Virus record (IMG/VR): IMGVR_UViG_3300032782_000001
Coordinates: 1 to 64,000 of that record
Direction: 5' to 3' (one strand)
Length of the DNA stretch: 64,000 nucleotides
The notes beneath the pieces are model-generated. The model ran no database searches, was not told where the DNA came from, and saw only the letters and a list, made by a program, of their open reading frames with translations. Of this stretch, positions 36,021 to 45,016 are shown one piece after another (the first letter of the stretch is position 1; each line of letters starts with the position of its first letter). The position numbers and the translations under genes are program-made.

Positions 36021-36310
36021 AACCGATACACAAACTCCACGGTCCTCGCCTAGAACGTCGTCAAGCCGAGAATCGGAAGTCGCTTCACAAGTTTCTGTCC
36101 AAACAACATCGGCCGATCCGTCGATATTTGACGGATGTATCCCCGGAACTTCTCTTCAAGGTCATCCGGTTCTTTGCATTGCATCCGGACCTGGCTTCTT
36201 CTTTCTCCGATTTCGTGAAGGAGGAGAAGCAACTCGTTAAAGATCTGGACGTGGAAGACGTAAAACACGTCCAGATGCTCATCATCGTGGAAGAAGTTCA
36301 GGAGTCCTGA
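36017..36310 (+). CDS. VMES-tag protein
   Basis: ends IVEEVQES. Confidence 0.8.
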   Translation: MKPIHKLHGPRLERRQAENRKSLHKFLSKQHRPIRRYLTDVSPELLFKVIRFFALHPDLASSFSDFVKEEKQLVKDLDVEDVKHVQMLIIVEEVQES

Positions 36311-36311
36311 A

Positions 36312-36599
36312 ATGTCAGACGTCCCGAAACCAATCCGAAATGCGTGGAAGCGGATCAAGCAGGCTTGGGAATCCAGCCGCATCCACAGGCAAAGTCAACC
36401 GGGCGTCTGGACAATCTTCCATGTCGGAAAGAGGACTTATCGTTGTACGCAAACTGGCCTGAATACCATCGAGATCCAGTTTTTCGACAGCGGTGCCTTC
36501 AAGCAAGAAGTAGCCGGTCGTCTTCCGGAGAAGATCGATCTGCACGGCCTCCAGAAGGCTTTGGACCTTCTGGAGGTCGAACGTGTGATGACTGCCTAA
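36312..36599 (+). CDS. VMES-tag protein
   Basis: ends VERVMTA. Confidence 0.8.
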   Translation: MSDVPKPIRNAWKRIKQAWESSRIHRQSQPGVWTIFHVGKRTYRCTQTGLNTIEIQFFDSGAFKQEVAGRLPEKIDLHGLQKALDLLEVERVMTA

Positions 36600-36862
36600 G
36601 CAGCGTGCGCTTCCAGCCCGATGGCCTTCTTCATCGCCTTGGTCATCCAAGGAGCAGAGGCCAGATATGCCTGGAGTGCTTCGTTACTCGGCAGGTCCTT
36701 CACCTTACCTTCGCCCTTGATGATAGAGAGCACGATGCTATGAATCCTAGCATCATGTCCAGGTGCGAACCTGGAGCTCGTCTGCGCCTTGCAGCCACAG
36801 AGACAATGCTTGGAAGTCGCCTTGGTCGCAGTGACCTTGGTCGCAGTCTTCTTGGTCTTCAT
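36596..36862 (-). CDS. small protein with CLCGC...PGHDAR motif
   Basis: SD GGAGG; Lys/Thr-rich N-terminus. Confidence 0.75.
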   Translation of the reverse strand: MKTKKTATKVTATKATSKHCLCGCKAQTSSRFAPGHDARIHSIVLSIIKGEGKVKDLPSNEALQAYLASAPWMTKAMKKAIGLEAHAA

Positions 36863-36943
36863 ATGGGTATTTCCTCCCTTGAGGAAACTAAACCCATCTT
36901 GGAATTCGCACAAGTTCGGAGAATCCCGAACCCGACGTCGGAC

Positions 36944-37336
36944 TCACCCGAGGTCGTCCATGTCGGGCGGACCCGCCGGTGCTGGGTGTGTGCCGGCGTC
37001 GGCGGGCTCGGGCGCGGGCTCGGCGCCCAGCTCCTCCTCACCTCGCGCCTCCTCGATCGACCCCGCCAGCTCCGCCGCCTCTTCGGCAAGCTTCTCAAGC
37101 GCTGCCTTTCCGAAAATGACTTTGAAAGCTTCGGCGTCCACTTCTTGAGCCGTGTCAACCCGAGTCACCTTTTGGACGTCGAAGGTCTCCACTGAACATT
37201 CTACTTCGTATTCTACGGCCTCTCCCGATCCATCAGCTAGGACAGCCATAACCTTCACCTCGGAAGGTGCGCCAGTCTCAGCCGCACGACGCGACTTGGC
37301 GGCGAGGATGTCCCTAGCGATCTTCAGGAAATTCAT
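36944..37336 (-). CDS. acidic protein with basic leader (MNFLKIARDILAA)
   Basis: SD AAGGAG. Confidence 0.75.
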   Translation of the reverse strand: MNFLKIARDILAAKSRRAAETGAPSEVKVMAVLADGSGEAVEYEVECSVETFDVQKVTRVDTAQEVDAEAFKVIFGKAALEKLAEEAAELAGSIEEARGEEELGAEPAPEPADAGTHPAPAGPPDMDDLG

Positions 37337-37409
37337 ACTCCTTGAAGGTTACCAAAGTCTTAGACTGGCTTCAAGGATTCCCTGTATTTGCTATCCCAGG
37401 CGTGAGGTT

Positions 37410-37661
37410 TCATGATTCCATGACCTCTTGAACGACGGCCTCTTCCAGTGACATGACGACGTAAGTCCTCGGGAAGATGAAGTCCCCGGCGCACAATCGA
37501 CACACGGGATATGCCTTCTTTTGGGATGCGTTGAATAACGCGGAATGAACTTGTCTTGGACAATCGAATCCGAACCGGACCTCAGTATAACTGATCGAAT
37601 TGAATTCGCGGACTTCATGAAGGCTCGGGTGAGCGCATTTCATGTGGTCTTGAATGGACAT
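37410..37661 (-). CDS. VMES-tag protein
   Basis: ends EEAVVQEVMES. Confidence 0.75.
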   Translation of the reverse strand: MSIQDHMKCAHPSLHEVREFNSISYTEVRFGFDCPRQVHSALFNASQKKAYPVCRLCAGDFIFPRTYVVMSLEEAVVQEVMES

Positions 37662-37665
37662 GGAG

Positions 37666-37935
37666 TCATGACTCCATGACTTCTCGGACGAGAGCTTCCT
37701 CCGGATCCATTGGGGTAAATAGACTACCGAGAATAGCAGACTTGTCACATTGGAAACAGAGGAAATATGCCTTCTTTTCTTCTTCGTGGTATACGGCTGA
37801 GAACACAGGGTTGTAGCAACCGGAAAGCATCCTGATCCTGTTATGGATCACGGTTGGTTGACAACACTTCAGATGGTGAAGCCGACGCTTCTGAATCCTG
37901 ACGCACTCCTTTTCAGACTTTCCTACGAGTTCCAT
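37666..37935 (-). CDS. VMES-tag protein
   Basis: ends EEALVREVMES. Confidence 0.75.
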   Translation of the reverse strand: MELVGKSEKECVRIQKRRLHHLKCCQPTVIHNRIRMLSGCYNPVFSAVYHEEEKKAYFLCFQCDKSAILGSLFTPMDPEEALVREVMES

Positions 37936-37972
37936 CTGAGTGGTTGCCTCCGTAGATGACAATCTCAAATAA

Positions 37973-38443
37973 CTAGGATTCGTGGACGTCCCGACATTTA
38001 TTGAGTTGACACTCCGTCCCATGTCCTGGGTTGGCATGACGGTTCTTGTTCTCAGCGTGTCGCCCACACCGAGGGCAAATACCGCTTTTGTTGATGCCCC
38101 TCTTCCCGAACCGACGGTAACTCGTCGACGGAACATTCGGCCTCGTTGCAGGTGGAGGGGACTGCCGGCGAATGATATAGGTCGTTCCAACCAATCGGAG
38201 GTGCTCGTAATGCACCAATTCTTCGATGGTGGCTTCAGCGTCATTCATGCTTGCCGTTGGCCAAGCTTGCTGGAGAATGAAGAACACTTGCTCCGTGGAG
38301 ATCTTCTCGATGTGACTCCATCGCGAATCCCCGAATGTGGAGAATCCAAGACCCTTGGGTCGAGCGTGCTTGCCGAATGGATCGACCGTGCACATGATGA
38401 GAGCCGGCATGTCCGTTCGATGCGACTCCTTTCGAAATTCCAT
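37973..38443 (-). CDS. VMES-tag protein with GICPRCG module
   Basis: ends CRDVHES; shares its C-terminal module with the next gene. Confidence 0.8.
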   Translation of the reverse strand: MEFRKESHRTDMPALIMCTVDPFGKHARPKGLGFSTFGDSRWSHIEKISTEQVFFILQQAWPTASMNDAEATIEELVHYEHLRLVGTTYIIRRQSPPPATRPNVPSTSYRRFGKRGINKSGICPRCGRHAENKNRHANPGHGTECQLNKCRDVHES

Positions 38444-38444
38444 A

Positions 38445-38945
38445 CTAGCTCTCCATCACCTGCCTAACGCGATTCAATTTGCACTCCGTCCCATGCCCCG
38501 AATTTGCATGACGGTTCTTGTTTTTGGAATATTCACCGCATCGGGGACAAATTCCGGCGTGCGGATTTTGACTGTTGTATCGAGATGGGATCAACGGAGT
38601 TTCTGGGAGATCCGGGAGACTGAAGGCCCGGAAACTGTCTTCTCGAAGGAACCCCTCTGCAAGAAGGATTTCGACGGTGGACTGGACTTCCTCTTGGGAG
38701 ATCTTCTCCCATTTCTCTTCCAAAACCTTGGTGATTTCGGCGAGAGTGACCTTCGAAAGCCGAGCTCGTCGCATCCTTTCATCTTCACGCCTGAGATTTT
38801 CTTCCCAGGGCAGGCGCATTTTGTTTGTCTCTCGATACCTGGCACGACGCTGCGCCGCGGTCGGCCGGAAGGTTACACGAACGTGCTCCGGCATGTCAAA
38901 CTGATGCTGAAGTTTGCGAAAAGCCACAACATCCTCACAATACAC
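38445..38945 (-). CDS. VMES-tag protein with GICPRCG module
   Basis: ends VRQVMES. Confidence 0.8.
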   Translation of the reverse strand: MYCEDVVAFRKLQHQFDMPEHVRVTFRPTAAQRRARYRETNKMRLPWEENLRREDERMRRARLSKVTLAEITKVLEEKWEKISQEEVQSTVEILLAEGFLREDSFRAFSLPDLPETPLIPSRYNSQNPHAGICPRCGEYSKNKNRHANSGHGTECKLNRVRQVMES

Positions 38946-38988
38946 GAGAGCCCGGAAGATTTGGCCTCCGGGCTCTCGGGAAGTGGAA

Positions 38989-39957
38989 CTACTTGGTGGA
39001 CTTCACGGTCACCCGGACGCAACCCTTCGGCGTCTTGGCGAAATAGTCCTTGTAGTGCCGAAGGAGCAGGTTCCAAATGATCCGCTTGTGCGTCTCTTGC
39101 TCGCCGGTCGTCGGGTCACGACCCATCAGAGGGCGCTGCTCCTCCCGCACCTCACTCCCGATGTCCACCCGGACAATCTTGTGGAGGGGAACGACCGTCG
39201 CGCGCAGCGGCTTGCTGAAGAAGGCACCCTGGAGGTACTTCAGGGAGTTCGTGAACTGCCACTTCCAATCGGCCTTCTTGCACCAGATCTCGACCGAGCC
39301 GGGGTATTTCTCCGACTCCTTGATCTCGACGACGCAGAGGCTCTCGCGCAGGAGGGAGGCCAGCATCCTGTAGCCGAGGCTCTCGATGGCGTCGGTGCAC
39401 GCCTTGTGGACCTCGCTCTTGCGATTGAGGCTGCAGACGCGGACCAGACCGTTGACCATGCCCCGAATGCCCTGCGGCTTGTAATTCTGGACCAGGAACT
39501 CCACGAGTTCCGGGTACTCCGCCAGATCGATCATGGCCTGCATCTCGTCGCCGTCCTTCGGCTCCTCGAAGTAGCCCTTCTTGCTGCAGATCGGCCCGAG
39601 ACCGCGCTCCACGGACTCGGAGTCCGTCAGCTTCAGCGCGCAGTGGGCGCAATGCGTGCACACGCCCTCGAGGATGAGCTGCCCATGGCGCTGCTTCTGC
39701 TTCAGGACGCCGCCGACGATGCCGTTCTGGGGCAGGTTCAACTGCGCCATCTGCGAGACCAGGACGGGCTTGGGGCCGCTTTCGGGCGCGGGCTCCTCCT
39801 TCGCGGGGTTGCCATCGTTCGACTCGGACGGGTACTCGTCCCGAGCCGAATCCGGCTCGGAATCCATCTCGGCCTGGTAAGCCGCTCGCTCTTGCTCGGC
39901 CTCCTGGCGACCGAATTCGTTCTTCATCGCGATCCAATCTTGCGCTGCTTGATCCAT
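38989..39957 (-). CDS. DUF6011-like zinc-ribbon protein
   Basis: CAHCALKLTDSESVERGLGPIC; cassette-led. Confidence 0.75.
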   Translation of the reverse strand: MDQAAQDWIAMKNEFGRQEAEQERAAYQAEMDSEPDSARDEYPSESNDGNPAKEEPAPESGPKPVLVSQMAQLNLPQNGIVGGVLKQKQRHGQLILEGVCTHCAHCALKLTDSESVERGLGPICSKKGYFEEPKDGDEMQAMIDLAEYPELVEFLVQNYKPQGIRGMVNGLVRVCSLNRKSEVHKACTDAIESLGYRMLASLLRESLCVVEIKESEKYPGSVEIWCKKADWKWQFTNSLKYLQGAFFSKPLRATVVPLHKIVRVDIGSEVREEQRPLMGRDPTTGEQETHKRIIWNLLLRHYKDYFAKTPKGCVRVTVKSTK

Positions 39958-40055
39958 CGTGTCACCTCCATCGTCCGATACGCCGGGAGGCGCCGAATTT
40001 GCGGCTCGCCTGTCGGCTTCTTCTTCAATGCGAAGGAGGAATTCCTTGAGTTTGC

Positions 40056-40745
40056 TCATGACGACATCACTACTTCCGTAAGGGCTTCACGTAGGATGGT
40101 GACCATCTCATCGAAGTCACCTCCGTGTTGGAATGCGTGAATTGCGCCTTCCTTCAAGACGCTGTATGCACGTTTGGTCTGATGCTTGGAGAATTTCTTG
40201 TTCAGGCCGCCGTTTTGAATGAATTGGAATGCTTCGGATACGGCAGCATCAATTGCGTTTGGCTTTCCTGCAAGTAGAACTTCCAGATCCATCAGGAAAC
40301 GAACTTCCCAAGAGACATGGTGAATGTACACAGTCAAACCTAACTTGGATTCAACATGATTTTTCTCAACTGCTGCAGTCTTTAGGAATTGAGCAATCAA
40401 GTCATTCTTTTGGAAGAAGCTCTTAGCGAATGACTTCATGGCCTCTTCTTTCATGAGGCCAATAGTCCGGGGCTCACGTCGGCCTTCGTACGGACAGAAA
40501 TGAAGTGTGTACTTGACGTCCCCTACTTTCACCTGTACGTCTGCTTTATTTCCTGTAGGATTGGGACGCGCTCGACCAGGAACCGCTTTCATGAGTGCAG
40601 TCGCAGCCGATTGCACGGAATCTGCCCAAAGAGGCTTCCTAAAGACGGATTGGATGACAAACTCCGCCGCCCGTTCATAATCAGAAGCCGGCGGGGAGGT
40701 ATGTTGGTAAGTCCGGAGATAACAAGCAGGTTTCGTGCTGTTCAT
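40056..40745 (-). CDS. VMES-tag protein
   Basis: ends LTEVVMSS. Confidence 0.8.
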   Translation of the reverse strand: MNSTKPACYLRTYQHTSPPASDYERAAEFVIQSVFRKPLWADSVQSAATALMKAVPGRARPNPTGNKADVQVKVGDVKYTLHFCPYEGRREPRTIGLMKEEAMKSFAKSFFQKNDLIAQFLKTAAVEKNHVESKLGLTVYIHHVSWEVRFLMDLEVLLAGKPNAIDAAVSEAFQFIQNGGLNKKFSKHQTKRAYSVLKEGAIHAFQHGGDFDEMVTILREALTEVVMSS

Positions 40746-40892
40746 TCCTTACCCTCCATCCGGTCTATACGCCGGGAGGCGCCGGATTTGCGGCTCGCCT
40801 GTTGGACTCTTCAATTCGAATTCTTTGAATTTCCCCAAAGCGGTGTACGCTGGGATTAGCTCATCTGCGAAAATTTCAAGTCAAAGGCGATC

Positions 40893-41723
40893 ATGGCGAA
40901 GATTGACGACATTTTGAAAGAAATTCAAAAAAATTTCGATAAAAGTATTTTTGGACCCCCTGAACCTGGATCGCTCCGACTGGGAAGGAAACCAATGGTT
41001 TCTACCTACGAAGCCATGCAACCATTGGTTCAAGTTCGGTCTAACTGGGATGCCTTTGTCAGTTTTATTCGGAAAGCAGAAGTAGTCGTCAGGGCACCCA
41101 AGTTTCTCAGGAAATCTAAAGGTATTTATTATGGCCACATCAACGTTGGAACCGGACGAGGGATTTTTCCTCAAGTGTTCTTGAAAGTCGGGACTAATGA
41201 AATCCAAGTCCCAACTCCAACTAGCCTTGACACATCCTTGATGCGTTCCGATAAATTGGTTGTCTACCAACTACCGGGGATTGGATGGCTTCATGGATGC
41301 AAGCTCCAGTTGGGTCACATTCCGGAAGGTGTCAGCGGCGACCATAAACAGAAGATTTGCGAACTTCTCGTTGAAGATTGTGGGGAGGAGAAATATGCGT
41401 CCTTGAAGGCGCGGATTCAGTTCGAATGGGATGCGGTTCAAAAGAATGCCGATGAGCTAATGAAGGCCCACCTTTCAGGCAGTCAGTCTCATAAAGAACG
41501 GGATAGCTTCGTAACGAAGCTATCCAACCTTTTAGCAAAAAGTCCAGATCTAATTGAAGTCGACCCTGACGTTGTATTGACCATCTTCCAAATGGATCCG
41601 AAGGAATTGGAAAAGATGATCGGATTTATGAAGCGGAATGTGGCAGATATTGACGTGATCGTAGAAGAGGATGTGAAGAAAGCCCAAGACTTGGCGAAAG
41701 TGCAATCTGTCATGGAGAGTTGA
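40893..41723 (+). CDS. VMES-tag protein
   Basis: ends KVQSVMES. Confidence 0.85.
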   Translation: MAKIDDILKEIQKNFDKSIFGPPEPGSLRLGRKPMVSTYEAMQPLVQVRSNWDAFVSFIRKAEVVVRAPKFLRKSKGIYYGHINVGTGRGIFPQVFLKVGTNEIQVPTPTSLDTSLMRSDKLVVYQLPGIGWLHGCKLQLGHIPEGVSGDHKQKICELLVEDCGEEKYASLKARIQFEWDAVQKNADELMKAHLSGSQSHKERDSFVTKLSNLLAKSPDLIEVDPDVVLTIFQMDPKELEKMIGFMKRNVADIDVIVEEDVKKAQDLAKVQSVMES

Positions 41724-41788
41724 AGATAATATGACAACACGGCGCAAATTCATCTGATCACGGCGTATCGGCCGGTGGAGGTGACGCC

Positions 41789-42097
41789 ATGATGAATTCC
41801 GAGCAGATGGTGAACACGTTGAAGAACGTCCCTGAGGGAGCGCTCCTCTTCGTCAGTTACATCGCCGGCCGTGAGCCCACCGAGCGCGCCATCCAGGAGG
41901 CGAAGCCTCACACGGAGAACCCTGCGCGCAGTCGACGCCACTTCGTCGGCACCCTTTCGCGCGTCTGGACTGCCCGCAACGGTGACCCCATTCTCACTAT
42001 TCACGCACACAACCGCAACACGGGCGACAAAGCCGGGGGTTACCGGTCTTTCAATCCGAGCCTCGGTCAACTGCTCGCCGTGCAGGTTCTCTCATGA
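41789..42097 (+). CDS. hypothetical protein
   Basis: cassette-led. Confidence 0.8.
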   Translation: MMNSEQMVNTLKNVPEGALLFVSYIAGREPTERAIQEAKPHTENPARSRRHFVGTLSRVWTARNGDPILTIHAHNRNTGDKAGGYRSFNPSLGQLLAVQVLS

Positions 42098-42480
42098 AAT
42101 TCATCCGCCAACAGGTCAGTGATAAGGGAATCGTTACGGACTTCTACTGGAAGACGTGGCGGCATCACAAGATCATCGTGGCATTCGAGTATGAGCTCTC
42201 ATGCGATGCCCACTGGGATGGCGACGAACCTATTCCTGATCATTACGAGTGCTACGATATCCTCGTGAAGGCCAGGTTCCAAGGTCACGAAGGAACTGCC
42301 AGTCTCTGCAATAGTTGGATTGATCCACGCACGGAAGGTCGGCGCGGCTCCAACTATCTCTATACTGTGGCCTGCGACCTCCTGGAGGAAGCTATCCACG
42401 AAATGGGAAAAAAGCTCATCCAGAGCGGTCACGTCTGCAAGAACAAACTCTGCATCGTCGAGTCCGTTCACGAATCTTAA
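42094..42480 (+). CDS. VMES-tag protein
   Basis: ends IVESVHES. Confidence 0.8.
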   Translation: MKFIRQQVSDKGIVTDFYWKTWRHHKIIVAFEYELSCDAHWDGDEPIPDHYECYDILVKARFQGHEGTASLCNSWIDPRTEGRRGSNYLYTVACDLLEEAIHEMGKKLIQSGHVCKNKLCIVESVHES

Positions 42481-42505
42481 TAGGACCCGGCCAGTAGAGT
42501 CCTTC

Positions 42506-42670
42506 ATGGGACTCTGGACGATCTATTGTCATACTGTATGTCGGGTTGACAAAACAAACTTTGGCGAAGAGGTGGAAGAACCACGTCAACGCAGCCAAGT
42601 TGTCCAAAGGACGATGGCATTTCCCGAATGCCATTCGAAAATATGGAGATGTGGCGTTCTCGCATGAAGT
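42506..42670 (+). pseudogene. GIY-YIG homing endonuclease remnant
   Basis: WTIYCHT then, in another frame, YVGLTKQTLAKRWKNH...NAIRKYG. Confidence 0.65.
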
Positions 42671-42852
42671 GCTGCTTCACGCTTTGTCCCCGAGATGCTT
42701 GTCTGGTCTTTCATGACTCAAATCATGAGTGGCCTATGTGCAAAGAGCACGAGGAAGAAGGAGAAAAGGACCTGAAAGCTCAATTTGAGGACAATCCTAT
42801 TCAGGTTATTTCCGGTCCTGAATTTCTTGTTTGGGAAGTCATGGAGTCATGA
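42664..42852 (+). CDS. VMES-tag protein, Zn-module type
   Basis: ends EFLVWEVMES. Confidence 0.8.
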   Translation: MKCCFTLCPRDACLVFHDSNHEWPMCKEHEEEGEKDLKAQFEDNPIQVISGPEFLVWEVMES

Positions 42853-42853
42853 A

Positions 42854-43063
42854 GTGAAATGCGGATTCGGAACCGAGAAGGACCCGGAATTCTCTTGCCC
42901 AAAAGCAGCCACTGTCGGGTTGCAATCTCGAACGCATAGAAATCACATTTTTATTCGTTGCAAAGAGCACTCCCTGGAACTTATCCTTCGGGGATTGTAC
43001 GACGTCATCGACCTGGAAGATGCCGAAAATTTCACTGTCGTCTATGAGATCATGAAGTCCTGA
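42854..43063 (+). CDS. VMES-tag protein, Zn-module type
   Basis: ends VVYEIMKS. Confidence 0.75.
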   Translation: MKCGFGTEKDPEFSCPKAATVGLQSRTHRNHIFIRCKEHSLELILRGLYDVIDLEDAENFTVVYEIMKS

Positions 43064-43139
43064 TCTGTTGTAAATTCTGCAAGGCCCGTCGGATCCGCAA
43101 ATTCGGCGGGCCGCGACGTATCTGGATCTGGAGGTGACT

Positions 43140-44084
43140 GTGCGCGATCTATCGAGGCTCAGGTATTTGCTTAGGTGGGCCCAACTCAATAAGACCTTCG
43201 AAAGGGTCCCGGCCAGTGGAATCCATGTTCCGCTTCGCGACAGTGTGACCCGGTATCAAATCCCAGTGGCCGGGGCCGAATTCCGTCGTGTGAACAATCC
43301 GCACGGGAATCCCGTCGCCAAGCTCCTCGTGGGCTCTCAGGAGATCCAGATCGGAGCCGAGGGATTGGACGACGCCGAGAAGCTGGAAATTGCCCTGGAA
43401 ACTCTCTTCCAGGAGAGGCCGCCAGTGTGGGAATCTCCAGATCTTTCGGACGCCATTCAGCAGGCGTTGTCCCACGCTCGACGAGATGACGTCAAATCCC
43501 GTTTCAATAAGGTCGTCACCGGTCCCATGGACACCGATGAATATACCCATTGGATGAATTTCACCCTTGGTTTGGCTGAGGGGGAGTGTTCGAAAGAATC
43601 TCGAACGGAAATGGTCCTGGGCCATTACATCACCACGACTTATATCTTCAAAGGAACGGAAGCTCAAGCCATTTCCAGCTTGGAAGGACTCCGCGACGTC
43701 AAGCGAATGCCGACTCCGCGTCGTGTGCTCGTCAAAATGGTGCATCTCCGGATGTCGAAGATGCGCAAGGAAGTGGAAGAAGAGAACAATCGTCGGAGGA
43801 AGCAAAGGGCCGAAGACGCATTGCAAGCCAGCCTTCCTCCCAATGATCCGAACAAGCAGAAGAATTACCACCCTAGTGGTAAACCCGACGTCATTATTGG
43901 AGATCTGGATAACCGCGCCAATTGCAAGATGTCAGCATCCAAAGCCAACTATGACGCTGGGTACTGGACCATCCGGCGGGAAGCTGAAAACCTGATGAAA
44001 TGTCTGCAGCGAGAAGACATTGACGATAGCATTATTCACGATGCTTGGAAATTGTATCTCGTCGGCGATGTGATGCAATCATAA
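43140..44084 (+). CDS. VMES-tag protein (314 aa)
   Basis: cassette-led; ends LVGDVMQS. Confidence 0.85.
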   Translation: MRDLSRLRYLLRWAQLNKTFERVPASGIHVPLRDSVTRYQIPVAGAEFRRVNNPHGNPVAKLLVGSQEIQIGAEGLDDAEKLEIALETLFQERPPVWESPDLSDAIQQALSHARRDDVKSRFNKVVTGPMDTDEYTHWMNFTLGLAEGECSKESRTEMVLGHYITTTYIFKGTEAQAISSLEGLRDVKRMPTPRRVLVKMVHLRMSKMRKEVEEENNRRRKQRAEDALQASLPPNDPNKQKNYHPSGKPDVIIGDLDNRANCKMSASKANYDAGYWTIRREAENLMKCLQREDIDDSIIHDAWKLYLVGDVMQS

Positions 44085-44085
44085 C

Positions 44086-44112
44086 TGGCAGGGGTTTACT
44101 AAACCCCTGCCA
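44086..44112. repeat. TGGCA-N17-TGCCA palindrome, copy 5
   Basis: TGGCAGGGGTTTACTAAACCCCTGCCA. Confidence 0.8.
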
Positions 44113-44128
44113 CATATCTGGAGAAATT

Positions 44129-44581
44129 ATGTACGGGAGTGGCTCTTCCAATGAGCAGATGAATACGTTGCTGGCCGAGCGCATCTTCAAGTGGTTGCTC
44201 GACCGTGGTGATTTCATTGAATGGCTGGACCGCCAGCTCATGGACCAAGGATTGGAACTCTTCGCTCAATTGGACTCTCTCACCGCCATGGATGTTGGCC
44301 GAGTCCTTCTCGGCATGCCCGAATGGATTAAAACGAGGTACCGGACCGTTGGAGGTGGTGGCTCCGACGTCCCAACTTTCTTCACGGAGCGCGTGAAGGA
44401 AGAAGTGGCGAAAGATTCCTTCCTCGAGTCATGTGTTGGTAAGTCCGTCCCTGTGACCGCCGCCTGTTTGTCGATGGTCGGTGAGGCTGTCAAACGGACG
44501 AGGTTCTACACGGAGAATGCAACCGAGATGCGACGTCGGATCCGCCATACTAAGGTTGTCCGCCACGTCATGGACTCATGA
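44129..44581 (+). CDS. VMES-tag protein
   Basis: ends VVRHVMDS. Confidence 0.8.
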   Translation: MYGSGSSNEQMNTLLAERIFKWLLDRGDFIEWLDRQLMDQGLELFAQLDSLTAMDVGRVLLGMPEWIKTRYRTVGGGGSDVPTFFTERVKEEVAKDSFLESCVGKSVPVTAACLSMVGEAVKRTRFYTENATEMRRRIRHTKVVRHVMDS

Positions 44582-44919
44582 GCGTACTTTCCCTCGTGAG
44601 CAATCCATTCCAAAGCCTCGACGAGGCCTGTACGCGAGTTCTTGAACACCTATTTCCGGAGAACAACCGGACTGAAATCGTCATGGACTTATCCTATGAT
44701 GAGCAGGAACTCCTCAAGAGTGGCTGGGTCCGAGGTCTCAACGATTGGTGGCGTCATCCTGATGCTCCACTGGATGAGAGCATGAGTCTCTTCTTTGCGA
44801 AGAAGGTGCAAAGGAAGATCGCTCAGTACGACATGCGGAAAGACCAGGAATGGCGGAAAGACTACACGTCCTACCGCATGGCCGTGTCTTCAGTCCACTT
44901 CGACACCTTTACTGACTAA
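44578..44919 (+). CDS. hypothetical protein
   Basis: ATGA overlap. Confidence 0.75.
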   Translation: MSVLSLVSNPFQSLDEACTRVLEHLFPENNRTEIVMDLSYDEQELLKSGWVRGLNDWWRHPDAPLDESMSLFFAKKVQRKIAQYDMRKDQEWRKDYTSYRMAVSSVHFDTFTD

Positions 44920-45016
44920 ACACCCCGCTTTCAAACAGACCGAAAGGCCCCGATAGAGCATGCCGTGGCGGCGTAAATTCCCATCGATCGGCCGTACCGA
45001 TCGGTGGAGGTGACAC

